Below are positions 12,685 through 24,672 of a stretch of 64,000 nt of DNA, piece after piece (the stretch's first letter is position 1; each line of letters opens with the position of its first letter). Source of the DNA: Leucoraja erinacea (Eukaryota); contig NC_073380.1 of NCBI RefSeq assembly GCF_028641065.1, positions 91,574,001 to 91,638,000 on the forward strand. Reading direction: 5' to 3'. The position numbers and the translations under genes are program-made. The notes beneath the pieces are model-generated. The model worked only from the letters and a program-made list of their open reading frames with translations, ran no database searches and had not been told where the DNA came from.

Positions 12685-12810
12685 AGGATCTGCAGATGCT
12701 GGTTTACACCAAAGAAAGACACAATGAGTTGGAGTAACTCAGCGGATCAGGTAGCATTTATGGAGAAAAGGATTGGATGACGTTTCGGGTCGGGACCCTT
12801 CTTCAGACTG
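12685..12810 (-). mobile_element. Penelope-like pLTR with intact hammerhead core
   Basis: Minus strand 12806->12779 reads CTGAAGA-A-GGGTC-CC-GACCC-GAAA-CGTC, followed by the common pLTR body. Confidence 0.75.
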
Positions 12811-14759
12811 CATATATACATGCTTACGATAGATTGAACAATAAATACAATGTTGAATACTAAAACAGAAGGATGGTGCAAAAACTGTAGTGAAGTTGTG
12901 TAAAAATCAGACATCAGAAAGCAGTGGGGAACAAGCTGGATTTAAATCTCGATATATGGGATTTTAAATGGAAATAAATGATGAGCCTGGCTTTTCATTC
13001 CACTTATTTGTATTTGGGTTCCCTAGCTGTCTTGATGGGATTAGAATTTCTCCAGATTATTTGTCCAAATCATTTCATCACAAGTTCAGTGATGAGACCA
13101 TGAAGCCACCACATCCCTCTGCCAATTGAGGTCCTCTTATGAAAGCAGATTGTTGATGTCATCTTAACCTGACATCAAACCTGATGGCATGCCAACAATG
13201 CAACCCTGATCAGACCATAAAAGCTTTCCTCTGCAGAGCTCGGAGGGTCAGGAGGGCTGAAGTCATAGTCAGATTCATTCTGCATGGAGAAACAAAAACA
13301 GCGTTTCGGCCTAACTTCCCCACTCCGACCAGTTTCGGGATGCAGCGGAGAATGCAAATGTGTCGACTGAAGCTCCATTTCATTGGCTGCTGAGGTTGGG
13401 TGGCGGCGTAGAGCAAATGCAGGAAGAGATGGCATGGTCCCCTTTGACCTGGATGAGCAGCGCTGTGCGCTGTCGTTTATTTACTAATTGCCGCTCTGAG
13501 GGAATCAGATATGTTAAAAACAAACATGGACTACTTCAAAAATCAAGCAGAGCACAGCTCGATGCAGCATTGTACAATGCCGCACAGTTGGTTAGACTGA
13601 AAATTTGCCAAAACTAATGTTGAAATTAGATGTTTGATTTGGCAGGGGCTGCGTGGTAGCACAGTCTCGGTGTAAAGTGGTGTCAAATGGTGCATGTGCT
13701 CATTAGAAGCAAGTCTCCCAGAATTGGAAGGATCTTTGTTCACTGCATCCAGTTTTCACTCACAAACACCTGCTGTGATTAGTATATTACTTGGTTTTAC
13801 ACACAAGTCGCGAGGAGAGAATATGAGATTATTTCAAACAAAGGGAACCACAAATCTAATGTGTATAAACTTGGAAAATATACAACAATAAGTTTTTGAC
13901 GCTGAACTAATCATGTTTAAAAGCTGGGAAGTTGTGGGATTGAGGTGCTGTGATGCAGTCATCTTTAACAGCAGTAAACAGATTACTGCAATGGGAAAAC
14001 TCATCCCTTGTCAATGCCATTCATAATCAAGGTTTAGAATCCTCAAGAGAATGTTTCAATAAATTTGCTTTATTTTAACATGTCAATAATATGGATATTG
14101 TGATAATCTATTGTGTCAGTCAGTAAATAAATCCTCAATTTACTGCTCATCAGGTTAAACATTTCCAAAGAGAGAGCCTGTCATCTGTTGGTCTGTGCTT
14201 TGAAAACAATAAATCATTATAGTTCGACATAATTTGACAGACTAACAGAGACTGAAGTTTGCTTCAAAATTGAACCATAAATTGTGATTAAGACAGTGTC
14301 AATAAAATGCTCAATCATTGCTTTTGGAGTTGATAATCTCATTAGAAGCCTTTATTGTGGCCATGTATAATTCTTCAATTGTTTAACAAAAAATGCGGAG
14401 GGGGGGTTTTGTGTGGGTTGCAGCTGTCATTATCAGGGGTTGCTTTTGAATGAGACAATGTGCCCATCAGGAAATGGCGATATTAGGGCAGGTTATTCCA
14501 TGTCGCAGAAGTGCTCTCTGCCTGAATCTGAGACACATATGTGGCTCACAGCAGAGCCTCACAAGGGGAGATCAGAACCCAATGCTTCACCAAGGACCAC
14601 CTCAGCATAAGAGCTATCTCAACGCTCACATTTGACTGCTCGTATGGAATTGCTTTGGTAGCTGGTCAAGACCTGTCTCTCCTGCTCACCAGCCAAACAG
14701 AGCTGCTGCTATTACTGAATGTTTGTCAAGGTTTTTACATTCATAACAACTTGTCAATA

Positions 14760-16237
14760 CAGGTGCACAACCTTTTATCCGACAGCCTTGGGACCAGACA
14801 CTTTTCGTAATTTGGAATTTGTCGGTCTTCGGAATGGAAATTTTTTAGCGTAGATTTTAATGGCTGGCTCAGTGGTAGAGTGCCCGGCTCATATCCGCAA
14901 GGTCGCGAGTTTGCGCCTTGATCCCGGCAGTTCCTCGGTCGCGAGTTTGAGTCTTCAGTGTAGTTTTTTTCTTGCAGAATAAATGTCTGTATGAAATGCA
15001 GTGTGTTGAATGAGTTCCTGAATTTGTAAATGTGCCCGCAGCATTGAATCACCTCCCGCACTCATGTCACCCTAGCGGAGCTACATGCCCTAAGGCGGCC
15101 TAAGGCGACATTTTCACACTCTTATATCCGTGTGCAGCAGAGGCGCCAAACGTGAGCTTTGGTGTGCAGACGACATCCTGGAAAAAATGTCTGGTTTCTT
15201 CCAGGTAGGCGATATACCCTCCCGCGCAATATACCCTCCGCTTCTCTTTTTAGTTCCCCTTTCTTCCAGGACCGACCTGAGGTTCCGCTGTCACCTCTGC
15301 GGGCCACCCTCGGTGAACGCTCACTCAACTTTGTCTTGGGATTCCTACTCTCCCGCGCAATGTACCCTCACCTTCTCTTTTATGAATGGGGATTTAGTTC
15401 CCCTTTCGTTGAGGACCGACCGGAGGTTCCGCTGTCACCTCTGCGGGCCGCCCTCGGTGAACGTCCTGTTTCCCTGTCCCTGGGATAGCAGGGGGCGATC
15501 AAACAGCACAATCCCCCCCTCCCCCTCCCCCCCACCCCCAACTCCAGAGGAATCCGCTCCCCGATGGGCCGCTACGGCGACAAGTGGCAGTTCGCCCACA
15601 GCCCGAGCTGCGCGACCTCAAGAACAAGACGCACCTTGCGCACCATCAGTTTCTGCCCCTCTGGAGTTGGAGCGGGGCTGGGCTGGAGTTGCTGATCTGG
15701 GATCTCCGTGCTTGCAGTGGGCCTGGGGGTCGGTGTCCCGTTGGTCCTGACACTCCGGTGATTGACACTAGCTCCGACGTGAAGGCAGTGCAAAACCCCC
15801 GCGCCGGTGCAATGGGCGGGGAGCTGGAGAGGGGAGGGAAGGGGTCACACACATGGCCGGGAAGCAGAGGGGTGTAGGTGGGGTGAAACGTAAGGGAGCG
15901 ACAATTTGCTGCTGCCTGCACGCTGAGTTAAAAAGTTCTCATGCAAGACTCACGATCCACTGTGTATCGTGAGTCTACCGTGGGAATTTTTTAACTGAGC
16001 GGGCAGGCAGCAGCAGATTGTCAATTATTAACCCTCCCGCGCAATATACCCTCACCTTCTCTTTTATGAATGGAGATTTAGTTTCCCTTTCTTCGAGGAC
16101 CGACTGGAGGTTCCGCTGTCACCTCTGCGGGCCGCCCTTCGTGAACGTTTTCAAGGACCTTTTTTCAAGGACTGAAAAAATGTCGCTATTCGGAGGTTTT
16201 CGTTATTTGGATCTTCGGATAAAAGGTTGTGCACCTG
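14760..16237. mobile_element. Non-autonomous Tc1/mariner-pogo-type DNA transposon (1478 bp)
   Basis: Perfect 23-bp TIRs CAGGTGCACAACCTTTTATCCGA (14760-14782, 16215-16237) with TA on both sides; no transposase ORF. Confidence 0.9.
14862..14957 (+). pseudogene. tRNA-Met-like sequence (pseudo-tRNA or SINE head) inside the DNA transposon
   Basis: A box TGGCTCAGTGG, CTCATA anticodon loop (CAT), AAGGTCGCGAGTTTG T-arm-like segment repeated at 14937-14950; no complete acceptor stem. Confidence 0.55.
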
Positions 16238-16849
16238 TACTTGGTAAAAGTTAATTTTGTTAAGAAAAAATAAACAATTGTTTTCACATTTTTAAAAACT
16301 AGAAAATAAACATGTACACATATTTTTATTATGTCTTACATGCAAAGTGTTTTCACAGGTTTGTGTAAAGAATCACGTAGCCATTGAGAGAACAGAGAAC
16401 ATACGTGAGAGTTGTAGAGAACAAAAGAAAGGGGCAGAGAGGAATTGGGAGAATGTGTTACATGGTGAACGAGGGCAGAAAAGACAGTTTCAGAAATCGC
16501 AGCAATCAAATGGCAACTGAAATGGAATTACAAGAGTGCAGGTGCTCGAATCATGAGCAAACAAATGAGACTGCTGGAGGAACTCAGTGGGTCAGATGGG
16601 TCGGGACACTTCTTCAGACTGAAACCCAAAACTGTCTCTGCCCATTTCATGGTATGGAGAGAAGGCAGGTACAGGATACTGAGTTGGATGATCAGCCATG
16701 ATCATATTGAATGGCGGTGCAGGCTCGAAGGACCGAATGGCCTACTCCTGCACTTATTTTCTATGTTTCTATGTTTCTATCCACAGGTGCTACCTGACCA
16801 GTTGAGTTCATCACCAGTCTGTTTTTTTGATCAAATAGCAACAAGCGTT

Positions 16850-17377
16850 TAGAAACATAGAAACATAGAAATTAGGTGCAGGAGTAGCCCATTCGGCCCT
16901 TCGAGCCTGCACCGCCATTCAATATGATCATGGCTGATCATCCAACTCAGTATCCCTTACCTGCCTTCTCTCCATACCCTCTGATCCCCTTGGCCACAAG
17001 GGCCACATCTAACTCCCTCTTAAATATAGCCAATGAACTGGCCTCAACTACCCTCTGTGGCAGAGAGTTCCAGTGATTCACCACTCTCTGTGTGAAAAAC
17101 GTTCTTCTCATCTCGGTTTTAAAGGATTTCCCCCTTATCCTTAAGCTGTGACCCCTTGTCCTGGACTTCCCCAACATCGGGAACAATCTTCCTGCATCTA
17201 TCCTGTCCAACCCCTTAAGAAATTTGTAAGTTTCTATGAGATCCCCTCTCAATCTCCTAAATTCTAGAGAGTATAAACCAAGTCTATCCAGTCTTTCTTC
17301 ATAAGACAGTCCTGACATCCCAGGAATCAGTCTGGTGAACCGTCTCTGCACTCCCTCTATGGCAATAATGTCCTTCC
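16850..17377 (-). mobile_element. CR1-like LINE 3' end (family B, TTTCTATG tail)
   Basis: ORF 16947..17444 RKDIIAIEGVQRRFTRLIPGMSGLSYEERL...; tail repeat agaaacat on plus strand. Confidence 0.9.
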
Positions 17378-17479
17378 TTTGTTTGTTTCTTTGCTTTTGC
17401 CCATTATGGTGGAAGAAAAGATCCATCATTGGCCGCTCCACCATTGAAGAGAAGCGGTGGGAAGCTGTGCCTCAAAAAA

Positions 17480-17720
17480 ATAAACTCATCAAAGACCCAC
17501 ACCGCCATGGCCAGGCTCTCATTTTGCTGTTACCATCAGGAAGGAGGTGCAGGAGCATGAGAACTGTGACCTTGTGGTTCAAAAAACAACTTATTCCCAT
17601 TAACCATCAAGCTCTTGAACCATACTACACAACCTTAACCACATCCTAGCTCAGGAACTATGATTGACTGGACTCTGTACAATATACCTCAGTTTGCATG
17701 ATTATCATATGGTTACCCAG
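17480..17720 (+). mobile_element. Rex1/Babar-like LINE 3' fragment
   Basis: Translates IKDPHRHGQALILLLPSGRRCRSMRT, matching the C-terminus of the element at 60674-61234. Confidence 0.65.
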
Positions 17721-17724
17721 TATT

Positions 17725-18652
17725 AACCATATAACAACCATATAACAATTACAGCAAGAAAAAAGGCCATCTCGGCCCTACAAGTCCGTGCCTAACAATT
17801 ATTTTCCCCTAGTCCCATCTACCTGCACTCAGACCATAACCCTCCATTCCTTTCCCGTCCATATACCTATCCAATTTATTTTTAAATGATAAAATCGAAC
17901 CTGCCTTCACCACTTCCGCTGGAAGCTCATTCCACACAGCTACCACTCTCTGAGTAAAGAAGTTCCCCCTCATGTTACCCCTAAACTTCTGTCCCTTAAT
18001 TCTGAAGTCATGTCCTCTTGTTTGAATCTTCCCTACTCTCAATGGGAAAAGCTTGTCCACGTCAACTCTGTCTATCCCACTCATCATTTTAAAGACCTCT
18101 ATCAAGTCCCCCCTTAACCTTCTGCGCTCCAGAGAATAAAGACCTAACTTATTCAACCTTTCTCTGTAACTTAGTTGCTGAAACCCAGGCAAAATTCTAG
18201 TAAATCTCCTCTGTACTTTCTCTATTTTGTTGACATCCTTCCTATAATTGGGCGACCAAAATTGTACACCATACTCCAGAATTGGTCTCACCAATGCCTT
18301 GTACAATTTCAACATTACATCCCAACTTCTATACTCAATGCTCTGATTTATAAAGGCTAGCATACCAAAAGCTTTCTTTACCACCCTATCTACATGAGAT
18401 TCCACCTTCAGGGAACTGTGCACAGATCCTAGGTCCCTCTGTTCAACTGCATTCCTCAATTCGCTACCATTTACCATGTACGTCCTACTTTGATTTGTCC
18501 TGCCAAGATGTAGCACCTCACACTTATCAGCATTAAACTCCATCTGCCATCTTTCAGCCCATTCTTCCAAATGGCCTAAATCTCTCTGTAGACTTTGGAA
18601 ATCTACTTCATTATCCACAACACGACCTATCTTAGTATCATCTGCATACTTA
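17725..18652 (-). mobile_element. CR1-like LINE, 5'-truncated at the RT YADD motif (family A)
   Basis: ORF 17809..18813 from KYADDTKIG through WQMEFNADKCEVLHLGR to the C-terminus. The ORF N-terminus is read-through of unrelated sequence. Confidence 0.92.
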
Positions 18653-19519
18653 CTATTATTATTGATATACATTATATATTTATTTGTTGCATGCTGTGCT
18701 AATGTGCCTGTAAAGCTGCTGCAAGTAAGAATTTCATTGTTCCAATTCCGGTGCAGAAGACAATTAAACACTCTTGGCTTTATTGGAGTAATGAATATAA
18801 TGTTGGTCTTCAAAAAGGAAACGGGTCAGCAACCAAGGCAAACCAAGGGAGTTCTGAAGTTCTGGAGATGGACTCAGCTGACCTTTACAAACCAGCACGC
18901 GTTCGGCTCGCTTTATTATTTGCCGCGATCATCACATCTGTCAGCACAACTGAAGCTTTCCTCTCGATTTTAAACTAAAAAAAATGAAGGAAAGAAGTAA
19001 TAAAGAAAATAAATCGAATCTGAGCATTAATTGAAAAGGATTTTGCTTTTAAGAAAACACATACTTTATCGGCTTTTTTTTTCAATAAAATACATCGACA
19101 GCCCAGTAAATTTCACTTAGTCTAAATGTCATGAATGAAAGGTACTCTGCAGGAACTGGCTCAATTCTACCATCAGCTCCCAACCCTGGATGCCAATTTA
19201 AATTTGTTTTTAAGTTGTTAATTTCTCCCTAAGTGAAATGAAGAATAACTAAATCCCACAAGTCAGAGTTGGAATATTTCCTTGTTCAGTGGTATTTATG
19301 TGGGGTAAAAGAAAAGGGAAGATTAGAAGACAAACAGAAAACAGCGTGGAAATTGATACAGAAAGGAAGGAACTAGTTTGGCCCTTGTGCCTCATGTCCG
19401 AATTCCCTTTTCTTTCCAAAAAACCTTTGAAGATGTTTTCATATTGAAATATGGAACCATCTTTCCCACAGCAACATGTCTGAATGAGTTTCAGTCTTCA
19501 TATCTAAGTAAATGTCATA

Positions 19520-20150
19520 GGAGCATAACGGCCCACCAAGTCTACTCCGTCATTCAATCACAGATGATCTGTCTTTCCCTCTCAACCCATTCTCTTACTT
19601 TCTCCCCATAACCTTTGACACTCTTTACCAATCAAGAATGTATCTATCTCCGCTTTAAAAATACCCATTAACTTGGCCTCCATAGCTGTCTGTGGCAATG
19701 ACATCCACAGATTCACCACTACCTAAAGAAATCCCTCCTCTTCTCCTTTCTAAATGTACATCTTTTTATTCTGAAGCTGTGCCCTCTGGTCCTAGATTCT
19801 CACATTAGTGGGAACATCCTTTAGTTTAGAGATACAGTGCGGAAACAGGCCCTTCGGCCCACCGAGTTTGCGCTGACCAGTGGGCACCACATACACTAGC
19901 ACTATCCTACACACTAGGAACAATTTACAATTTTACCAAAGCGAATTAACCTCCAAACCCGTATGTCTTTGGAGTGTGGGAGGAAACTGGAACATTAGAT
20001 GAAAACCCGGGGAGAATGTACAAACTCCCTACAGACAGCACCCATAGTCAAGATTGAACCCGAGACTCTGGTGCTGTAAGGCAGCAACTCTACCGCTGCG
20101 CCACCTCTCCACATGTACTCTATTTAGGCCTTTCACTATTAAGTCAGTTT
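19520..20150 (-). mobile_element. CR1 3' fragment interrupted by a V-SINE-like element (19821-20105)
   Basis: CR1 sequence ...gggaacatcct resumes as ctctccacat...; the insert has a tRNA head and (TAAAC)n tail on minus. Confidence 0.75.
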
Positions 20151-21079
20151 CAATAAAAAGCACCCCCTCATCCTCATAACCTGCAGCGAATAAAAGCCCA
20201 GAGCCACCAAATGCATTCAGGTAAAGCATTCCGAGTCGTCAATACAGGAGGCAATCTCATGAATTATTTTGTAGTAACTTAGTGGGTCAGGCAGCATCTC
20301 TGGAGAGAAGGAATGGGTGACAATTTTTCAGGTCGAGACCCTTCCTCAGACTGAGAGTCAGGGGAGAGTGAGTCTAGAGATATAGAAGGGTAAAGTGTGA
20401 AACGACAGGTCAAAGTGGATGGTGATAGTTATTTTCATGGCATTTAATAGACGATGGACGCTTCTCGTATTATTTGCCAGTATGAACCCTTTGGTTAACT
20501 CCCCAGAAATAGCGTTGTTTTATTTTTCCTATCATAACTATTCATGGTTTGAAACACTCCTATCAACTTGTCTTTCAGCTTTCTCTGCTCCAGTCTCTTC
20601 ACATAATGTTCAACTCCCTTCACGGGAAACATCCGGCTTAATCCTTTGTGTGGCCCATCCAAAGCCTTGCCAATGAATGCTGCCTGCTAATGGACATGTT
20701 ACGCAGCTTGTATCTAGTATTCAACTCCTCTGCTACATTTACTGCTTCACTTCACTCTAGCATCAATATATCAGGTCCACAGTTCTGGGAAGACTTGGTA
20801 TGGTTTTAACTGATAAAATAATAGTAGGCAGGCATAGTGCATAGAACAATTGAGATATGTTAGTGACATCAGGAATTGTCTCTGTGCAGTCTGTCTAATC
20901 ACTGGGAGGAATGCCCTGTTTTATGAATAGCCGCCAACTTTTCTTAATCCAGCACAGCCAAGTAATTAGTTTTCCACCCCAGCTGTAAGGTGAACAAGTT
21001 TGGAAGTTTGGTCCATACAGTTATTCAGTGTGTGTTATTTTGTGTGTGAGAGAAAGTGTATGTGTGCATGTGTGTGTAC

Positions 21080-21110
<31 letters not shown>

Positions 21111-21968
21111 CGCGTGTGTGTAACAAAATTAATTCTGACTCTCTGCTTTCTGGCCTGCAGCAACCAGTGTAGAATCACTCTCGTATGTATAATAGATCAC
21201 AAGAGTTGTTCATGAATAATACAAATGCATTGAGAATATACACCAGTGTAAGACGATGTTTATCATTGTGTGGAATCAAAGCGAACATGTAATATTCCAA
21301 TCTTAAGTTTTGATGAATTCAGTGGGAACTTCTATTTGCCATTGTCTGCTAATTTCACGGAAAAGGCCAGCTCAATAATTGGATTTCCAATAATGTTATG
21401 ATTATTCCTACATGATAATTTAATTGCAGCTGTTTTTTTAATATTGCATAATTGTAAATTTGTTATTATAATACATCAACATGCAGATTTCTCCCCAGCC
21501 ACATCAGACAGGTTGATAAGTTAATTTGCAACATTTTTTCTTGCATCTATTTGTTGCTCTGCAAGTTGACACATCCAAGGTGCTCGGTGTTAAGGATTAA
21601 TTAGCCGTTTATTGCAAAGAGGAAGGCATGTCTTCATGCCTTGGAGTGAGCAAAATATAGATTTCCGTAGAATCCTAATAACTCTATCAATAATCAGGGG
21701 CATGAAGATTTATGTCGTGGTATGTTTAGATGTGAAAGTTCTAACTAATCTAGATGTAGTTATCCAGTATTGATTTGCATCATCGTCTATAATCAACTTC
21801 CTCTAAACTTGTCACAATGTCAAAAGAAACAATAAAAAATGGCCTTAACAGTTGCCCATGTGTTTATTATTGAATACAAATTTTTATTTTCCAGAGGTAG
21901 ACGACTCCATTGTTTGCAATTTTGTTTGGTGACAGTGGAAAACACCAAGGGGGTGTAATGTGTAGGAA

Positions 21969-22536
21969 GTTCACCAGACTGATTCCTGGGATGGCAGGAC
22001 TTTCATATGAAGAAAGACTGGATAGACTCGGCTTGTACTCGCTAGAATTTAGAAGATTGAGGGGGGATCTTATAGAAACTTACAAAATTCTTAAGGGGTT
22101 GGACAGGCTAGATGCAGGAAGATTGTTCCCGATGTTGGGGAAGTCCAGAACAAGGGGTCACAGTTTAAGGATAAGGGGAAAATCTTTTAGGACCGAGATG
22201 AGAAAAACATTTTTCACACAGAGAGTGGTGAATCTGTGGAATTCTCTGGCACAGAAGGTAGTTGAGGCCAGTTCATTGGCTATATTTAAGAGGGAGTTAG
22301 ATGTGGTCCTTGTGGCTAAATGTATCAGGGGGTATGGAGAGAAGGCACTTCATTGGCAATATTTAAGAGGGTTAGATGTAGCCCTTGTGGCTAAGGAGAT
22401 CGGGGGGTATGGAGAGAAGGCAGGTACAGGATACTGAGTTGGATGATCAACCCTGATCATATTGAATGGCGGTGCAGGCTCGAAGGGCCGAATGGCCTAC
22501 TCCTGCACCTAATTTCTATGTTTCTATGTTTCTATG
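21969..22536 (+). mobile_element. CR1-like LINE 3' end (family B) with internal tandem duplication
   Basis: ORF 21910..22437; segment ttcattggc...ggagagaaggca occurs twice (about 22272-22347 and 22349-22422). Confidence 0.9.
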
Positions 22537-23527
22537 ATTAGACCTCCTTACTACTTTTCAAGAATCATGACAGTTCTCTACAATTCAAGTTCAATTCTGA
22601 GGCAAGATTAAAATATTACACAGCCTTGAGCACAAAGTACCACTGCACCACTAACCCATAAAACACCCAACCATCTACGCCCTTGGCATCTACTCGCCCC
22701 ATCCGTGGTAGAGCCAGCGATTCCCATATTGGTTCATTGCTGTTTCAGAACCCCCCAGATTAGGAGCAGAAGTGTATCCTTCTTTTTCCCTAATTAAATC
22801 TGGAGGACTATTGCACTGAGAGTGGTATGATGCTTTCAATGAAAGGATGGACTAGAACTTAGAGAGTCAAAGAGTCTAAAAGAGAGTTACAGAGTAGAAC
22901 AGGCCCTTTGAACTATCTAGCCCTTGCCACTCATTTTTACACTAACCCTACCCTAACCAAATTTAGTCTCCCCACATTCCTGTCAAGTCCATTCAGATTC
23001 CACCACTCACCTCTACCCCAGGGGCAAAATACAGTGCCCAATAAACGTACCAACCCACATGAGTGTTGAGAGCAAACGCACGTGGTCACAGTGAGAATTC
23101 CTTGTATTCCTTGTATGTGAATACTTGGCCAATAAACGTATTTATTCGTTCAGTCATTCANNNNNNNNNNNNNNNNNNNNNNNNNNNNNNNNNNNNNNNN
23201 NNNNNNNNNNNNNNNNNNNNNNNNNNNNNNNNNNNNNNNNNNNNNNNNNNNNNNNNNNNNNNNNNNNNNNNNNNNNNNNNNNNNNNNNNNNNNNNNNNNN
23301 NNNNNNNNNNNNNNNNNNNNNNNNNNNNNNNNNNNNNNNNNNNNNNNNNNNNNNNNNNNNNNNNNNNNNNNNNNNNNNNNNAGGGTAAACACTATACAGG
23401 CAGCACCGGAGGTCAGAATTGAACCCAGGCCACAGGAGCTTTGAGGGAACAGCTCTCTTACCTGCCCCTCTGTGCCGTCCTTCCTGGCAGTTTCATGGAA
23501 AAGTCCTGAACTTGCTGGCGGGAACTT

Positions 23528-23840
23528 CTAGTGGGAGAGTCTAGGACCAGAGGTCATAGCCTCAGAATAAAATAACTTTTCTGTAGGAAGATGAGGAGGA
23601 ATTTCTTTAGTCAGAGGACAATGAACGTGTGGAATTCATTGCCACAGAAGACTGTGAAGGCCAAGTCAATAGATATTTTTAAGGCAGTGATAGATAGATT
23701 CTTGATTAGTACGGGTGTCAGGGGTTATGGAGAGAAGACAGAACAACAGGGTTGAGAGGGGAAGATAGATTAGCCATGATTGAATAGTGTAGCAGACTTG
23801 ATGGGACAAAAGGCCTAATTCTGCTCCTATCACTTATGAA
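23528..23840 (+). mobile_element. CR1-like LINE 3' fragment
   Basis: gggagagtctaggaccagaggtcatagcctcagaata... typical CR1 3' end. Confidence 0.75.
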
Positions 23841-24469
23841 TTTATGAACTTGCTTTCCGCTGTCAATTTCTAAACCACCTGTAGATGTTGGACTCCTCGT
23901 GGTATCCAATGCTGGTGCATGGATGTACTGCCATCGTTCGGCACCTACTCTGGGGACCACTTCACTGTATTTGCATCATTAGAACTGGTTAAATCAGTTG
24001 CAAAAACAGCATGTTGTTTCAGTACAAACGACAAGGGTAAATGCTGAAGAAGGGTCCCAATCCAAAACATTATCCATGCTCTCCAGAGATGCTGCCTGGC
24101 CCGCTGAGTTACTCCAGCACTTTGTGTCTTTTTTTATGGCAGGTGATAGGTAATTTACATCTCGTTGAACCAATTGATTTACCTTCTTGTACATGTTTAA
24201 ACATGGGTTCCGTTTTATGAAGATCTACTGATTTTTTTAATTGTTCTTAACATTATTGAATTTGTTCACAGAATTTTGGATTTTTTTTATACATGTTTCT
24301 AAATTCCAGGAAAATTCTCGCCAAAATTATGACAGCATGCAATACCAAGAGGCACGGCTTAACAGCTGTCAGAGCACGTTCAAATATTTCATGGTCGAAC
24401 CTTATTTTGCTCGTGTTCCCCATTTCATCCACTACCATTAATCATTAAATGCACAAGGCTTATGAACCA

Positions 24470-24672
24470 GTGTAGGAAAGAACTGCAGATGCTGGTTTAA
24501 ACCAAAGATAGACACAAAAAACTGGAGTAACACAGCGGGACAGGTGGCATCTCTGGAGAGAAGAAATGAGTGACATTTAGGATCGAGACCGTTCTTCAGA
24601 CTGCAGTCTGAAGAAGGGTCTTGACCCAAAACGTCACCCATTCCTCCCTTCCAGAGATGCCGCCTGTCCTGC
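24470..24672. mobile_element. Inverted pair of Penelope-like pLTRs with back-to-back hammerhead motifs
   Basis: TTCTTCAGACTGCAGTCTGAAGAA palindromic centre at about 24592-24615; one degenerate hammerhead on each strand. Confidence 0.8.

Noticed and set aside
14862-14957. Functional tRNA-Met gene
   Set aside because: Acceptor stem missing, anticodon stem incomplete, T-loop TTTG rather than TTCG.
23063-23422. ORFs containing X runs (also 38149-38611)
   Set aside because: Artefacts of assembly gaps.
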